Shown here: piece after piece, positions 47,203 through 57,073 of the stretch
Numbering within the stretch: the first letter of the stretch is position 1
How the letters are laid out: the number at the start of each line of letters is the position of its first letter
DNA from: an uncultured SAR86 cluster bacterium
Lineage (GTDB): Bacteria > Pseudomonadota > Gammaproteobacteria > Magnimaribacterales > D2472
Reading direction: 5' to 3'
Length of the DNA stretch: 64,000 bases
Assembly: GCA_902558395.1 (NCBI GenBank)
Contig: CACEDS010000002.1
Span: 197,229 to 261,228 of the forward strand
Position numbers and translations under genes: made by a program
The notes under the pieces: generated by a model
Database searches by the model: none
What the model was told of the DNA's origin: nothing
What the model saw: only the letters and a program-made list of their open reading frames with translations

Positions 47203-49373
47203 AGTTTCTCTAAATTTGCATAAGCCATTACTAACCACTTTGTTCCTGCTTGATCAAAATTAATCTGAACTCTGGAGGCTTCACCTGAGCCTTCATAATT
47301 TAAAACCACGCCCTCACCAAAAGATTTATGCATAACTCTTTGTCCAAGTGAAATTCCAATCTCATCCTCAAACTCAAGCTTGGTTTCTTTAAAGTCTTTT
47401 CTATTATAAGGTATGTGCGTCTGTGCCCTAGGCCTAATCTCATTGATTAGATCTTTAGGAATTTCTTTTATAAATCTTGATGGTGGATTAAAAGTATCAG
47501 AGCCGTGCAATCTTCTTGACTCTGCATGGGTTATATAAAGTTTTTCCATAGCTCTAGTTATGCCAACATAACAAAGCCTTCTCTCTTCTTGCAGCTGGCC
47601 TGGGTTTTCCATTGATCTTCCATGAGGAAATAAGGTCTCTTCAAGACCAGTCATTAAAACTAATTTAAATTCTAATCCCTTTGCTGAATGAAGAGTCATA
47701 AGTTGAGCAGCATCATCATGCTCTGATGCCTGTCTATCACCGGAATCAAGTGAAATCATATCTAAATATTGCTCTGCAATTTCAATATTTGTTTTTTCTT
47801 CTCTAATACTATGCTCAAAATTTGTAGTTGCAGAAACTAGCTCCTCTAAATTTTCTACCCTTGTTTTACCTTTTTCTCCAGGCTCTTTTGCATGATAGGC
47901 AACTAATCCTGAAGTTTTAATTATTTCTTCCATTAAGTCTGAAAGAGTATTCTCTTCTATAAATTCTTTACATCGGGCAATAAACTCTAAATAAGATTTC
48001 AGGCCTGATCCGCCTCTTCCGGATATTGCACCCTCATCAATTAGTTTGGCCGATGCTTTTATATATGAAATATTATATTTAGTGGCCGTAGAACGAATTT
48101 TTGCCAAAGTTTTTTCACCAACTCCTCTGGTGGGATTTGAGATTGACCTCTCGAACGCAGGATTGTCAGAATTATTAAAAATAATTTTTAAGTAAGCTAT
48201 GGCATTTTTGATTTCCATTCTTTCATAAAATCTTTGGCCGCCATATATTCTGTAGGGGATGCTTGATCTAAGCAGCGCTTCTTCAAGCGCTCTTGATTGA
48301 GCATTGGATCTATACAAAACAGCAGCATCTGAATACATTTCTCCTTTATTCATCCAGTCTTTTAAAATATCAGCAACAAATCTTGCTTCGTCCTGCTCGT
48401 TATATGCTTGATACAAAATTATTTGCTCGCCCTCAAGCTTGTCTGTCCAAAGGTTTTTTCCAAGTCTTTCAGTATTGTTTTCAATTAAAGCATTTGCTGC
48501 GCCTAAGATAATATTTGTAGATCTGTAGTTTTGTTCTAATCTTACGATCTCTGCTGTATCAAAAGTTTTTGTGAATGATTCTACATTTTCAACTTTAGCA
48601 CCTCGCCATCCATAAATGGATTGGTCATCATCTCCGACTGCTGTTATTGATGCTTTTTCTGAAGCTATCTCAAGAAGCCAGTTATATTGAATAGTGTTGG
48701 TATCTTGAAACTCGTCTACTAATATTGATTTAAATCTAGAGTGAAAGAAAGCCTTTACAGATTCATTATCACGAATTACCTCATACGATCTCAATAGTAG
48801 TTCACCAAAATCAACAAGATTATCTCTCAAGCATGTTTTCTCATATTCTTTGTATATCTTGTTAATATTTTCTTTAAAATAATCACCCTTATCATCTACA
48901 GATTCGCTTCTAAAGCCCTCATCTTTCCAGGCATTTATCTGCCACTGACTTTGGCGTGATGGCCATACAGACTCATCTAAACCCGCCTCTTTGGAGATTC
49001 TTTTTATAATTCTTAGTTGATCATCTGCATCTAAAATTGTAAAACCACTACTGAGACCAGCTTCTTTATGAAATCTTTTAAGCATTCTGTGAGCAAGCCC
49101 ATGAAAAGTCCCAACCCAACCGTCCATCATGGGAGCTTCCAATAATTCTTCAATTCTTGATCGCATTTCAAGTGCAGCTTTGTTAGTAAAAGTTACTGCC
49201 ATAATAGAGGCAGGGTTTTTTCTTAATGCTTCAACCTCCCATGCAATCTTGTGAACCAAGACTCTTGTCTTTCCTGATCCAGCTCCAGCTAATACCATCA
49301 AATGCTGTTTTTCAGACGTCACCGCTGATCGCTGTTGATCATTAAGATGTTCTAAAATGTGTGATACGTCCAT
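47199..49373 (-). CDS. uvrD: DNA helicase II
   Basis: GAGSGKT, VDEFQDTN and QNYRST. The C-terminal GQRVMHKSFGEGVVLNYEGSGEASRVQINF...KWLVMAYANL is typical of UvrD. Confidence 0.9.
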   Translation of the reverse strand: MDVSHILEHLNDQQRSAVTSEKQHLMVLAGAGSGKTRVLVHKIAWEVEALRKNPASIMAVTFTNKAALEMRSRIEELLEAPMMDGWVGTFHGLAHRMLKRFHKEAGLSSGFTILDADDQLRIIKRISKEAGLDESVWPSRQSQWQINAWKDEGFRSESVDDKGDYFKENINKIYKEYEKTCLRDNLVDFGELLLRSYEVIRDNESVKAFFHSRFKSILVDEFQDTNTIQYNWLLEIASEKASITAVGDDDQSIYGWRGAKVENVESFTKTFDTAEIVRLEQNYRSTNIILGAANALIENNTERLGKNLWTDKLEGEQIILYQAYNEQDEARFVADILKDWMNKGEMYSDAAVLYRSNAQSRALEEALLRSSIPYRIYGGQRFYERMEIKNAIAYLKIIFNNSDNPAFERSISNPTRGVGEKTLAKIRSTATKYNISYIKASAKLIDEGAISGRGGSGLKSYLEFIARCKEFIEENTLSDLMEEIIKTSGLVAYHAKEPGEKGKTRVENLEELVSATTNFEHSIREEKTNIEIAEQYLDMISLDSGDRQASEHDDAAQLMTLHSAKGLEFKLVLMTGLEETLFPHGRSMENPGQLQEERRLCYVGITRAMEKLYITHAESRRLHGSDTFNPPSRFIKEIPKDLINEIRPRAQTHIPYNRKDFKETKLEFEDEIGISLGQRVMHKSFGEGVVLNYEGSGEASRVQINFDQAGTKWLVMAYANLEKL

Positions 49374-49415
49374 TTAGGGATTCATTTTTTTGCTTAAGAG
49401 AGATATTCTAACCTT

Positions 49416-50258
49416 ATGCCAACAAAATTATTGAGACAAATTAAAAATACTCTTCCAGAATTAAGAAAATCTGAAAGATTAGTAGCAGATTTTGTTTTAA
49501 AAGACCCAAAATCGGTTATTACAATGAAAACGGCAGAAGCATCAACTGCTATGGGTATAAGTGAACCAACGCTGATAAGATTTTGCAAAGCTCTTGGTTT
49601 TTCTGGTTATCAAGAATTTAAAATTAATCTATCACAACAACTAGCAGCAGATGATTATTTTGTTATGTACGAAATTGAAGAAGACGATAGTATTCATGAT
49701 TTATGTGAAAAAGTTTTTGATACAACAATTAGTGAAATATTAAATGTTAGGTCTCAAATTGATCAAGACGTTCTTGAGTCTGCAATAGAAGCTCTAGCAA
49801 ATGCCAAAAGAGTTGAGGTCTATGCTTTTGGTGGCTCTGCTCCTGTTGCAATGGATGCACAACATAAGTTTTTTAGATTGAAAATCTCATCATCATTTAT
49901 TTCAGATCCACACATACAGTTAATGTCAGCTAACTCACTTTCAAAAGACGATGTTGTCTTGGCTATTTCGCAATCCGGCACCACATCTGCTCTAATTGAT
50001 AGTGTTAAAATCGTTCGTAAATCAGGAGTTAAAGTTATAGGAATCATGCCTGAAAACTCTCCTCTCGCTAACATTTGTGATTACCCAATAAGCATTAATG
50101 TTGGTGATAACTACAGAATTACTAAGCCTCATACTTCCAGGATTGCATATACAGCAGTCATAGATGTCATGACCATGGGAATAGCTCAGCTAAAACCAGA
50201 GGCACAAGAACATTTATACAACATAGTTGATAGCCAAAGATCATTAAAAATTAAATAG
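49416..50258 (+). CDS. MurR/RpiR-family transcriptional regulator
   Basis: N-terminal RpiR HTH (MGISEPTLIRFCKALGFSGYQEFK) and a C-terminal SIS domain. Confidence 0.8.
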   Translation: MPTKLLRQIKNTLPELRKSERLVADFVLKDPKSVITMKTAEASTAMGISEPTLIRFCKALGFSGYQEFKINLSQQLAADDYFVMYEIEEDDSIHDLCEKVFDTTISEILNVRSQIDQDVLESAIEALANAKRVEVYAFGGSAPVAMDAQHKFFRLKISSSFISDPHIQLMSANSLSKDDVVLAISQSGTTSALIDSVKIVRKSGVKVIGIMPENSPLANICDYPISINVGDNYRITKPHTSRIAYTAVIDVMTMGIAQLKPEAQEHLYNIVDSQRSLKIK

Positions 50259-50278
50259 CATTTAAACAGGAGTTTTTC

Positions 50279-50695
50279 ATGAGCCAAGAAGTTAAAGATT
50301 TTTTTACAACCTATAGTGACTTTGTTACAAAAGTTACTAGTGAGCCAAGCCTAGACATAGATGCTCTCAAAAAAAGCATGGATGAAATTGAATCTAACTC
50401 TGATGTGAAAATACCCAGGCTTTTAACAGCTGCCCTTGGTCTTGGAAGTGAGTCGGGTGAGTTTGTTGAAATCGTAAAAAAAATGATTCTTCAGGGAAAG
50501 CCAGCTTCCGAGGAAAATATCTTCCATATGAAAAGAGAGCTTGGAGATATTATCTGGTATTGGACGACTGCATGCGCCTCACTAGGATTAGATCCTTATG
50601 AGGTGATTAGTGAGAATCAAAAGAAGCTTGAAGCAAGGTATGGAGAAAAATTTGAAGTGCAAAGAAGCGAGGTAAGAAAAGAAGGAGATTTATAA
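50279..50695 (+). CDS. MazG-like nucleotide pyrophosphohydrolase domain protein
   Basis: LGLGSESGEFVEIVKK ... RELGDIIWYW, i.e. EExxE/D-type MazG helices. Confidence 0.65.
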   Translation: MSQEVKDFFTTYSDFVTKVTSEPSLDIDALKKSMDEIESNSDVKIPRLLTAALGLGSESGEFVEIVKKMILQGKPASEENIFHMKRELGDIIWYWTTACASLGLDPYEVISENQKKLEARYGEKFEVQRSEVRKEGDL

Positions 50696-50702
50696 ATCCT
50701 AA

Positions 50703-50852
50703 ATGAAAGATAAGATAAAAGACAATAAAGATATTTCTCCATCAGCAACCGAGGACTGTGCTGATGTTACTTCAAGATATGATCGGTATAAAAAACAAAA
50801 TAAGAAATCTAAGTTTCCGCCTGTTAAGTATGAAAAACCACCCCATCATTAA
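50703..50852 (+). CDS. possible 49-aa Lys-rich mini-protein (below track threshold)
   Basis: ATG at 50703, TAA at 50850-50852, immediately followed by the ATG of the next gene. Sequence MKDKIKDNKDISPSATEDCADVTSRYDRYKKQNKKSKFPPVKYEKPPHH. No good SD sequence. Confidence 0.3.
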   Translation: MKDKIKDNKDISPSATEDCADVTSRYDRYKKQNKKSKFPPVKYEKPPHH

Positions 50853-51221
50853 ATGATATTTTTTTTAGCTTTTGTATATATCTTTTCTGCTTTTGTATAT
50901 TTTTATACCAATAAGGCGGGATACAGTTTTTTAAGGTATATATGGAAAAGAAAAAATATTAACGTTTACCTTTCAACAGAAATTTTTTATTTAATAATTA
51001 CATCGTTTATTGTTTTTACTAGCAATCCTCTTAATTGGATAATTGCAATTTTAATGTTTCTTCATCTCTTTGGTATTGCATGGCTTGTAGCTAGTCCAAA
51101 TAATTTTTATCAAATGGCAGAAGAGTCTATTAATTTAGACAGTGCAATGGTTGAAAATATGGTTGTAATTATGTTTTTGATATATGCGGGTATGGCCTTA
51201 TTTTCAAGAATCTTAATCTAA
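50853..51221 (+). CDS. hypothetical 4-TM membrane protein (122 aa)
   Basis: Hydrophobic helices. No motif recognised. Confidence 0.5.
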   Translation: MIFFLAFVYIFSAFVYFYTNKAGYSFLRYIWKRKNINVYLSTEIFYLIITSFIVFTSNPLNWIIAILMFLHLFGIAWLVASPNNFYQMAEESINLDSAMVENMVVIMFLIYAGMALFSRILI

Positions 51222-52078
51222 GATTCTAATCTTCTTAGAAGGCTGGATGTATCCCATCTTCCCCCACCAGAATTTTGGATGTTTTCATAAAAACTATTAA
51301 CGAGATCAGTTATCTCTAAATTCGCATCTATAGTTTTAGCATGCTCTAAAACAATATCTAGGTCTTTTCTCATCAAATCAACTGCAAATCCATGATTATA
51401 TTCATCCCCAATCATAGATTTCCATCTATTATCCATTTGCCATGATTGTGCAGCTCCTTTTGAAATTACTTCAATAACGTCTTCTGTCTCCAGGCCTGCT
51501 TTTTTTGAAAAATGTAATCCCTCGGCAAGGGATTGTATTAGCCCAGCTATACAAATTTGATTAACCATTTTGGTTAATTGTCCGTGACCAGACGGGCCCA
51601 TAAACTTTGTGAATTTTGAGTAAGAGTCCAGCACCGCTTTAATAGATAAGTAAATCTCTTTATCGCCACCGACCATTATAGATAAAGTAGCTTGTTGAGC
51701 TCCCGCCTCTCCTCCTGATACTGGAGCATCTATGAAATAAGACTCTTTTTTAGCAAGAATCTCGTTCATATCTTTAGCTAACTTTGCCGATGTGGTTGTA
51801 TGATCAATAACAACAGTGCCGGGTCTTATCCAGTCTGCAACTTCACTAATAACCTGTCTCACATCCTGATCATTTCCAACGCAAAGAATAATAATATTGG
51901 AATTAATTGCGATATCTTTTAGGGACAAACAAACTTTAGCTTCTTTATTTTCAATTAACCATTTTTTTGATTTCTCTTTAGATCTATTAAAAACAGAAAG
52001 ATTGTAGCCGTTATTGCTCAGATGGCTTGCCATGGGCCCACCCATTACGCCAAGGCCAACAAAACCTATATTAGTCAT
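51218..52078 (-). CDS. NAD(P)-dependent oxidoreductase, 3-hydroxyisobutyrate dehydrogenase family
   Basis: IGFVGLGVMGGPMA Rossmann motif, plus DAPVSGG and the downstream 6PGDH-like helical domain. Confidence 0.8.
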   Translation of the reverse strand: MTNIGFVGLGVMGGPMASHLSNNGYNLSVFNRSKEKSKKWLIENKEAKVCLSLKDIAINSNIIILCVGNDQDVRQVISEVADWIRPGTVVIDHTTTSAKLAKDMNEILAKKESYFIDAPVSGGEAGAQQATLSIMVGGDKEIYLSIKAVLDSYSKFTKFMGPSGHGQLTKMVNQICIAGLIQSLAEGLHFSKKAGLETEDVIEVISKGAAQSWQMDNRWKSMIGDEYNHGFAVDLMRKDLDIVLEHAKTIDANLEITDLVNSFYENIQNSGGGRWDTSSLLRRLES

Positions 52079-52265
52079 AATTCTTTTCTTCTTCTTGGTA
52101 TTTTTTTAAGTCTTCCCAGTCATGAGGCGTGCCAGCATTTAGATTAGTGACAGAATTTTTCGCCCTAAAAAGACTTTGAGTTCTTAGTTTTGTTTTATCT
52201 TCTTCTTTACCAAATAATTTATTCCAGCCTTCTATAAAATGCTCTCTTAAATTTCTTTTGGTCAT
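52071..52265 (-). CDS. hypothetical small protein (64 aa)
   Basis: ORF track. Overlaps the dehydrogenase start by 8 nt, which suggests translational coupling. No motif recognised. Confidence 0.4.
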   Translation of the reverse strand: MTKRNLREHFIEGWNKLFGKEEDKTKLRTQSLFRAKNSVTNLNAGTPHDWEDLKKYQEEEKNYD

Positions 52266-52274
52266 TGAATATTT

Positions 52275-52448
52275 TTAAACGATATATTCTTCTCTATCTT
52301 TTTTTGCTGTTCTCTTTATGCCTGACTCTGTTATATATTCGTCTGTAATGCCTTTAGAGCCACTTCTACCCTCTTTGCATACATACATCATGTTAACAAT
52401 TGCTCCCCCAGCAATAGCTCCTATTAAAATTAATATTATTGTCTCCAT
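52275..52448 (-). CDS. unannotated 57-aa single-TM mini-protein
   Basis: Strong SD (GGAGGAGAGA) directly 5' of the ATG at 52448. Sequence METIILILIGAIAGGAIVNMMYVCKEGRSGSKGITDEYITESGIKRTAKKDREEYIV, ending in TAA at 52277-52275. Below the track length cutoff. Confidence 0.5.
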   Translation of the reverse strand: METIILILIGAIAGGAIVNMMYVCKEGRSGSKGITDEYITESGIKRTAKKDREEYIV

Positions 52449-52466
52449 TCTCTCCTCCGGATAATA

Positions 52467-53432
52467 TTATTTTTCGTTAAATTCTATTTTTGCTTGATTA
52501 TACTCTTCCTTGAGCCTGGTTACTAAATCTTCTACGCTAGGATCATCTTTAATACCGCCGATTCCCTGGCCAGAACCCCAAATATCTTTCCATGCTTTTG
52601 CATCAGTATTTCCTCCTGATCCAAAATTCATTGTAGATTTGTCTGCATCTGGAAGATTGTTTGGGTCTAGGCCTGCATTTTTTATAGAAGGCTTAAGGTA
52701 GTTACCAGAAACACCAGTAAAAAGACTTGAATAAACAATATCATCTGCAGCACTATCAATTAACATTTGTTTATAGCCCTGATCAGCGTTAGCCTCTTTA
52801 GTTGCAATGAATCTTGTGCCCATATATGCGAAATCTGCTCCAAGAGCCAAAGATGAAGCAACTGAGTAACCATCCCCGATAGATCCTGATAAAATTACAG
52901 TACCGTCGAACCACTCTTTAACTTCTCTCAAAAGTGCAAATGGTGAAAGTGCTCCTGCATGACCCCCGGCACCGGCACATACAAGAATCAAACCATCAAC
53001 ACCTTGCTCTGCTGCTTTTTTTGCATGCCTAACATTTATTACATCGTGATATACAAGCCCTCCATAACTATGAGTTGCTTCAACAAGTTCTGCTGGTGGC
53101 CTTAAAGATGTAATAATAATTGGGACCTCGTGTTTAACACATGTAGCCATATCATCCATAAGCCTATCATTAGATCCATGACATATTTGATTGACGGCAA
53201 AAGGTGCAACTTTTTTATCTGGATTTTGTTTTTGATATTCTGCAAGCTCAGTCTTAATCCTAATAATCCATTCTTCAAGAACATGCTGCGGTCTTGCATT
53301 TAAGGCAGGAAATGATCCAATAATGCCTGCTTTGGATTGAGCAATTACTAATTCAGGACCCGATACCAGAAATAAAGGAGAGCCTATTACAGGTATAGAA
53401 AGGTTATTTTTAATATGATCTGGTATTGCCAT
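52467..53432 (-). CDS. nitronate monooxygenase / NAD(P)H-dependent flavin oxidoreductase (NMO family)
   Basis: MAIPDHIKNNLSIPVIGSPLFLVSGPELV, CAGAGGHAG and GTRF. Start set to the ATG at 53432, which has an AGGAG SD. The track's 53-codon extension would overlap typA. Confidence 0.8.
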   Translation of the reverse strand: MAIPDHIKNNLSIPVIGSPLFLVSGPELVIAQSKAGIIGSFPALNARPQHVLEEWIIRIKTELAEYQKQNPDKKVAPFAVNQICHGSNDRLMDDMATCVKHEVPIIITSLRPPAELVEATHSYGGLVYHDVINVRHAKKAAEQGVDGLILVCAGAGGHAGALSPFALLREVKEWFDGTVILSGSIGDGYSVASSLALGADFAYMGTRFIATKEANADQGYKQMLIDSAADDIVYSSLFTGVSGNYLKPSIKNAGLDPNNLPDADKSTMNFGSGGNTDAKAWKDIWGSGQGIGGIKDDPSVEDLVTRLKEEYNQAKIEFNEK

Positions 53433-53556
53433 TTTTTCTCCTGATAATTTAATTTTTGTAAATTTTATATCGATTAGATACAGATAAGTAAAATTAATAA
53501 AAACATTTTTTATTAATTTAAGATTATAATCACCACTTTTTCTAAAGGCTAACAGC

Positions 53557-55347
53557 ATGGACATAAATAATCTTAGAAATATTGCAATCATTGCCCATGT
53601 TGATCATGGAAAAACTACGCTTGTTGACAAGCTTCTCCAGCAATCTGGAACACTGGATAGAAAAAATATGGATTCTGAGAGAATTATGGACTCCAATGAG
53701 CAAGAAAAAGAAAGAGGTATTACAATTACTGCAAAAAATACCTCAATCAATTGGAAAGATCATTTAATTAATATCGTAGATACTCCTGGTCATGCTGATT
53801 TTGGCGGGGAAGTTGAAAGAGCTCTTTCAATGGTCGACTCAGTACTTCTTCTAGTTGATGCAGTTGATGGCCCAATGCCACAAACAAGATTTGTTACTCA
53901 AAAAGCGTTTGAAAAAGGTTTAAACCCAATTGTGGTTATCAATAAAGTTGATCGCCCTGATGCAAGGCCAGATTGGGTTTTAGATCAGGTTTTTGATTTA
54001 TTTGATCGCCTAGGTGGAACTGATGAACAATTAGACTTTCCAGTTATTTATGCTTCAGCAATAGAAGGTATCTCAGGTTTAGAAGCTGACCAGATGACTG
54101 AAGATATGACTCCGTTAATAGAAATGATTCTTGATAAAGTCCCTGCCCCAGAAGTTAAAAAAGATGGTCCTTTGCAATTACAAATAAGTGCTCTTGATAG
54201 CAACAGTTATGTTGGTGTTATTGGTATAGGAAGAATTAAACAGGGCTCTATAAAACCAAATGATCAAGTAGCTGTAATAGATAGGGAAGGCAAAACAAGA
54301 AAAGGTAAAGTTCTTCAGGTTATGGGTTATGAGGGACTAGAGAGGGTGGAAGTTTCTAAGGCTGATGCTGGCTCAATAGTATGTATTACTGGTATTGATA
54401 AACTAAATATTTCAGACACTATATGCGATCCAATGCATGTTGCAGCTCTGCCCCCACTTTCTGTAGACGAACCAACAGTGAGTATGACTTTTCAAGTAAA
54501 TGATTCTCCTTTTGCTGGAAGAGAAGGAAAATTTGTAACTTCTAGAAATATTAAAGAACGACTAGAAAAAGAATTAGTTTCAAATGTAGCTTTGCGAGTT
54601 GTCCAGGGAGATAGTCCAGATAAATTTATAGTTTCTGGCCGTGGAGAACTGCATTTATCGGTTTTAATTGAAACAATGCGCAGAGAAGGTTTTGAGCTTG
54701 CTATTTCTAAGCCGCAAGTTATACAAAAAGAAGTTAATGATGAAATTCATGAACCATATGAGCAAATAGTTATTGATGTTGAAGACATGCATCAAGGGTC
54801 TGTAATTGAGGAACTTGGTCCAAGAAAAGCTGAGCTTAAAAATATGGAGCCAGATGGAAAAGGACGGGTTAAATTAGAGTTTATGGCGCCATCGAGAGGT
54901 ATTATTGGTTTTAGGTCTCATTTTTTAACAATCACAAGCGGCACTGGGATAATGACAAGTGTTTTTGATCACTATGGTCCAGTTAAGACTGGAGAAATTG
55001 CAAAAAGAACTAATGGTGTCATGTACGCAATGACTGCAGGAAAGACGCTTGCTTATGCGCTATTTAATTTACAAAATCGTGGAAAATTATTTTTAGGTCA
55101 TGGGCAAGAAGTATATGTTGGTCAAATTGTTGGTCTTCATTCAAGAGACAACGACTTGCCAGTCAATCCCACTAAAGCAAAACAATTAACAAATATAAGA
55201 GCAGCTGGCACAGATGAGAATTTAATTCTTGTTCCTCCCATAAAACATACTCTTGAACAAGCTCTAGAATTTATTGAAGATGATGAGCTTGTTGAGGTGA
55301 CTCCGGAATCTATTCGTTTGAGGAAAAAAGGAAGAGTTAGATCATAA
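53557..55347 (+). CDS. typA: translational GTPase TypA/BipA
   Basis: [31 protein letters not shown] and NKVD. 596 aa. Confidence 0.9.
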   Translation: MDINNLRNIAIIAHVDHGKTTLVDKLLQQSGTLDRKNMDSERIMDSNEQEKERGITITAKNTSINWKDHLINIVDTPGHADFGGEVERALSMVDSVLLLVDAVDGPMPQTRFVTQKAFEKGLNPIVVINKVDRPDARPDWVLDQVFDLFDRLGGTDEQLDFPVIYASAIEGISGLEADQMTEDMTPLIEMILDKVPAPEVKKDGPLQLQISALDSNSYVGVIGIGRIKQGSIKPNDQVAVIDREGKTRKGKVLQVMGYEGLERVEVSKADAGSIVCITGIDKLNISDTICDPMHVAALPPLSVDEPTVSMTFQVNDSPFAGREGKFVTSRNIKERLEKELVSNVALRVVQGDSPDKFIVSGRGELHLSVLIETMRREGFELAISKPQVIQKEVNDEIHEPYEQIVIDVEDMHQGSVIEELGPRKAELKNMEPDGKGRVKLEFMAPSRGIIGFRSHFLTITSGTGIMTSVFDHYGPVKTGEIAKRTNGVMYAMTAGKTLAYALFNLQNRGKLFLGHGQEVYVGQIVGLHSRDNDLPVNPTKAKQLTNIRAAGTDENLILVPPIKHTLEQALEFIEDDELVEVTPESIRLRKKGRVRS

Positions 55348-55448
55348 ATTAATCTTTTCCAATCATTTTATTAATTTGTAAAAAATATAAACCTAAGTCT
55401 TATTCCGTTTTTAAGAGAGAGGATGAATAGTTTAAAAACTATTTTTAA

Positions 55449-55655
55449 TTAGATAGAGCACTGCATATCATTTCCACAACAAAGTGGCGATTTTATCTTT
55501 CCATTAAAATTAGTGCATTGTGTTTGTTTGCATTGAGATATTCTTACTTGACCTCCATCATCCAAATTCAATAAACCATCTTCAAGTGGACTATCACATT
55601 CACCGCATGATGTTTTAACTGACATTCCACACTCATTACATTTATAGATCGACAT
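55449..55655 (-). CDS. cysteine-rich mini-protein (68 aa, 9 Cys), putative metal-binding
   Basis: Pattern CxxC-x7-CxxC-x21-Cx4C-x11-CC-x5-C. The N-terminal half resembles a zinc ribbon. Confidence 0.55.
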   Translation of the reverse strand: MSIYKCNECGMSVKTSCGECDSPLEDGLLNLDDGGQVRISQCKQTQCTNFNGKIKSPLCCGNDMQCSI

Positions 55656-55693
55656 ATATAAAAGATTAATAATATCTTGAATGATTGTAAAGT

Positions 55694-56197
55694 TTATTTC
55701 TGAAGGTATGTTACAGAATGGTCTTTAAAGTCTCTTTCTCCAACCTTGATAAAACCATTTTTTGCATGAAAATTAAGAGATATTTGGTTTAGAGGGATTG
55801 AATTTACCTCACAACATATTGGTAACGATTCTTTTGCTGCTTCCTCATCAATATATTTATAAACTGTAGTTCCAAGACCCATTCTTCTATAATGTGATTT
55901 AATGACTACCCTGTCTATGTATAAAAATTTTTCTTTATTTTGATTAAAATATTTATAGTTTAGAGATTCGTATTCTGAATTTTCCCTAAAACAAATAATA
56001 AACCCAGCAATTTTATTCTTATATTTAATTAATAGGTTTAAAGAGCTCGTCTGAAATAACTTTGAAAAAAGTTCAATGCTGGGAATAAAACCAACTTCTG
56101 GTGAATTTTCTTGGTTTAAAGAATATAGGCTTTCTAGAAGATCTCTTGCCATCAGATCATTTATATTGTTTATTTCTATGTATTTATTTGAGTTCAA
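55694..56197 (-). CDS. GNAT family N-acetyltransferase
   Basis: Acetyl-CoA motif A: VIKSHYRRMGLGTTVY. Confidence 0.75.
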   Translation of the reverse strand: MNSNKYIEINNINDLMARDLLESLYSLNQENSPEVGFIPSIELFSKLFQTSSLNLLIKYKNKIAGFIICFRENSEYESLNYKYFNQNKEKFLYIDRVVIKSHYRRMGLGTTVYKYIDEEAAKESLPICCEVNSIPLNQISLNFHAKNGFIKVGERDFKDHSVTYLQK

Positions 56198-56239
56198 ATA
56201 TTCAGCTAGTATTGACTGTTATTAATTTTATATTTTTTA

Positions 56240-56986
56240 CTATTTTTTAGTCGGTTTCTGCCAAAATTTTAATCTAAGAAAAAATCTTAATAAAAACGTT
56301 TGTATCTCATATTTTTTTATAGCATCGCCAATCTTCTTTCTTCTTTCTTTTTGAGCAGTTTGCTTGGTTTTTGCATAAAATGGATGAGGCAATGTGGCTA
56401 ACTCTTTTGCTTTTTCCATGACTCTTTCCATAAATCTATCTTCTGAAATAACTTCATCAATATACCCAACATCAATTGATTCCTGAACCGAATATGAATC
56501 AGAGTGATAGACTGCAGAGTAAAAATACTCTTTATTTACTCTTTCTTTAAGAATTTCCATAATCTGAGTAGGGATATCCATATTATTTCTTACTTCGTTT
56601 GCATGACAAACATATTTCCCATCAATGGCGATTCGATAATCGGCAGAACAGGCGACAAATAATCCTAGTGCAATTGCATGCCCTGATACAGCTGCAACGA
56701 CTGGCCGATCAAAAGAATAAATTTTTAGAAGAAGGTTATATCCCAATTCAACCATATTTGTAATTTTAGCAAGATCACCAGTTGCTAATGTTTTTAAATC
56801 AAACCCTCCTGAAAAAATACCATCTCTTCCTTTTATAACAAGTGCTCCAGTCTTCTCAGGAACTTCGTCTAGAAGGCTATGAACCTGAGCGAGCATATCA
56901 TAAGAAAATGCATTCACCTTGCCATCGTCAAGCGTGATTATGGAGATATTATCTTCTTGCGATAATGTAGCTAATTTTTCAGTCAT
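56240..56986 (-). CDS. enoyl-CoA hydratase/isomerase (crotonase) family protein
   Basis: FSGGFDL and AAVSGHAIALGLFVACSADYRI. Confidence 0.75.
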   Translation of the reverse strand: MTEKLATLSQEDNISIITLDDGKVNAFSYDMLAQVHSLLDEVPEKTGALVIKGRDGIFSGGFDLKTLATGDLAKITNMVELGYNLLLKIYSFDRPVVAAVSGHAIALGLFVACSADYRIAIDGKYVCHANEVRNNMDIPTQIMEILKERVNKEYFYSAVYHSDSYSVQESIDVGYIDEVISEDRFMERVMEKAKELATLPHPFYAKTKQTAQKERRKKIGDAIKKYEIQTFLLRFFLRLKFWQKPTKK

Positions 56987-57073
56987 TGTTATATAGTGTT
57001 AATCATTTACATTAAGTCTATCAAAAAAACTTATGCTACATACATGCACATAGTAGTTAATGGATGTTAAAAA

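Noticed and set aside
53433-53591. 53-codon N-terminal extension of the NMO-family ORF, overlapping the typA start
   Set aside because: The ATG at 53432 has a good AGGAG SD and yields the family-typical N-terminus. The extension is a hydrophobic, low-complexity reading of promoter DNA.
55426-55447. Hairpin AATAGTTT-AA-AAACTATT followed by TTTAATT downstream of typA
   Set aside because: The stem is all-AT with a 2-nt loop, which is too weak to call an intrinsic terminator with any confidence.
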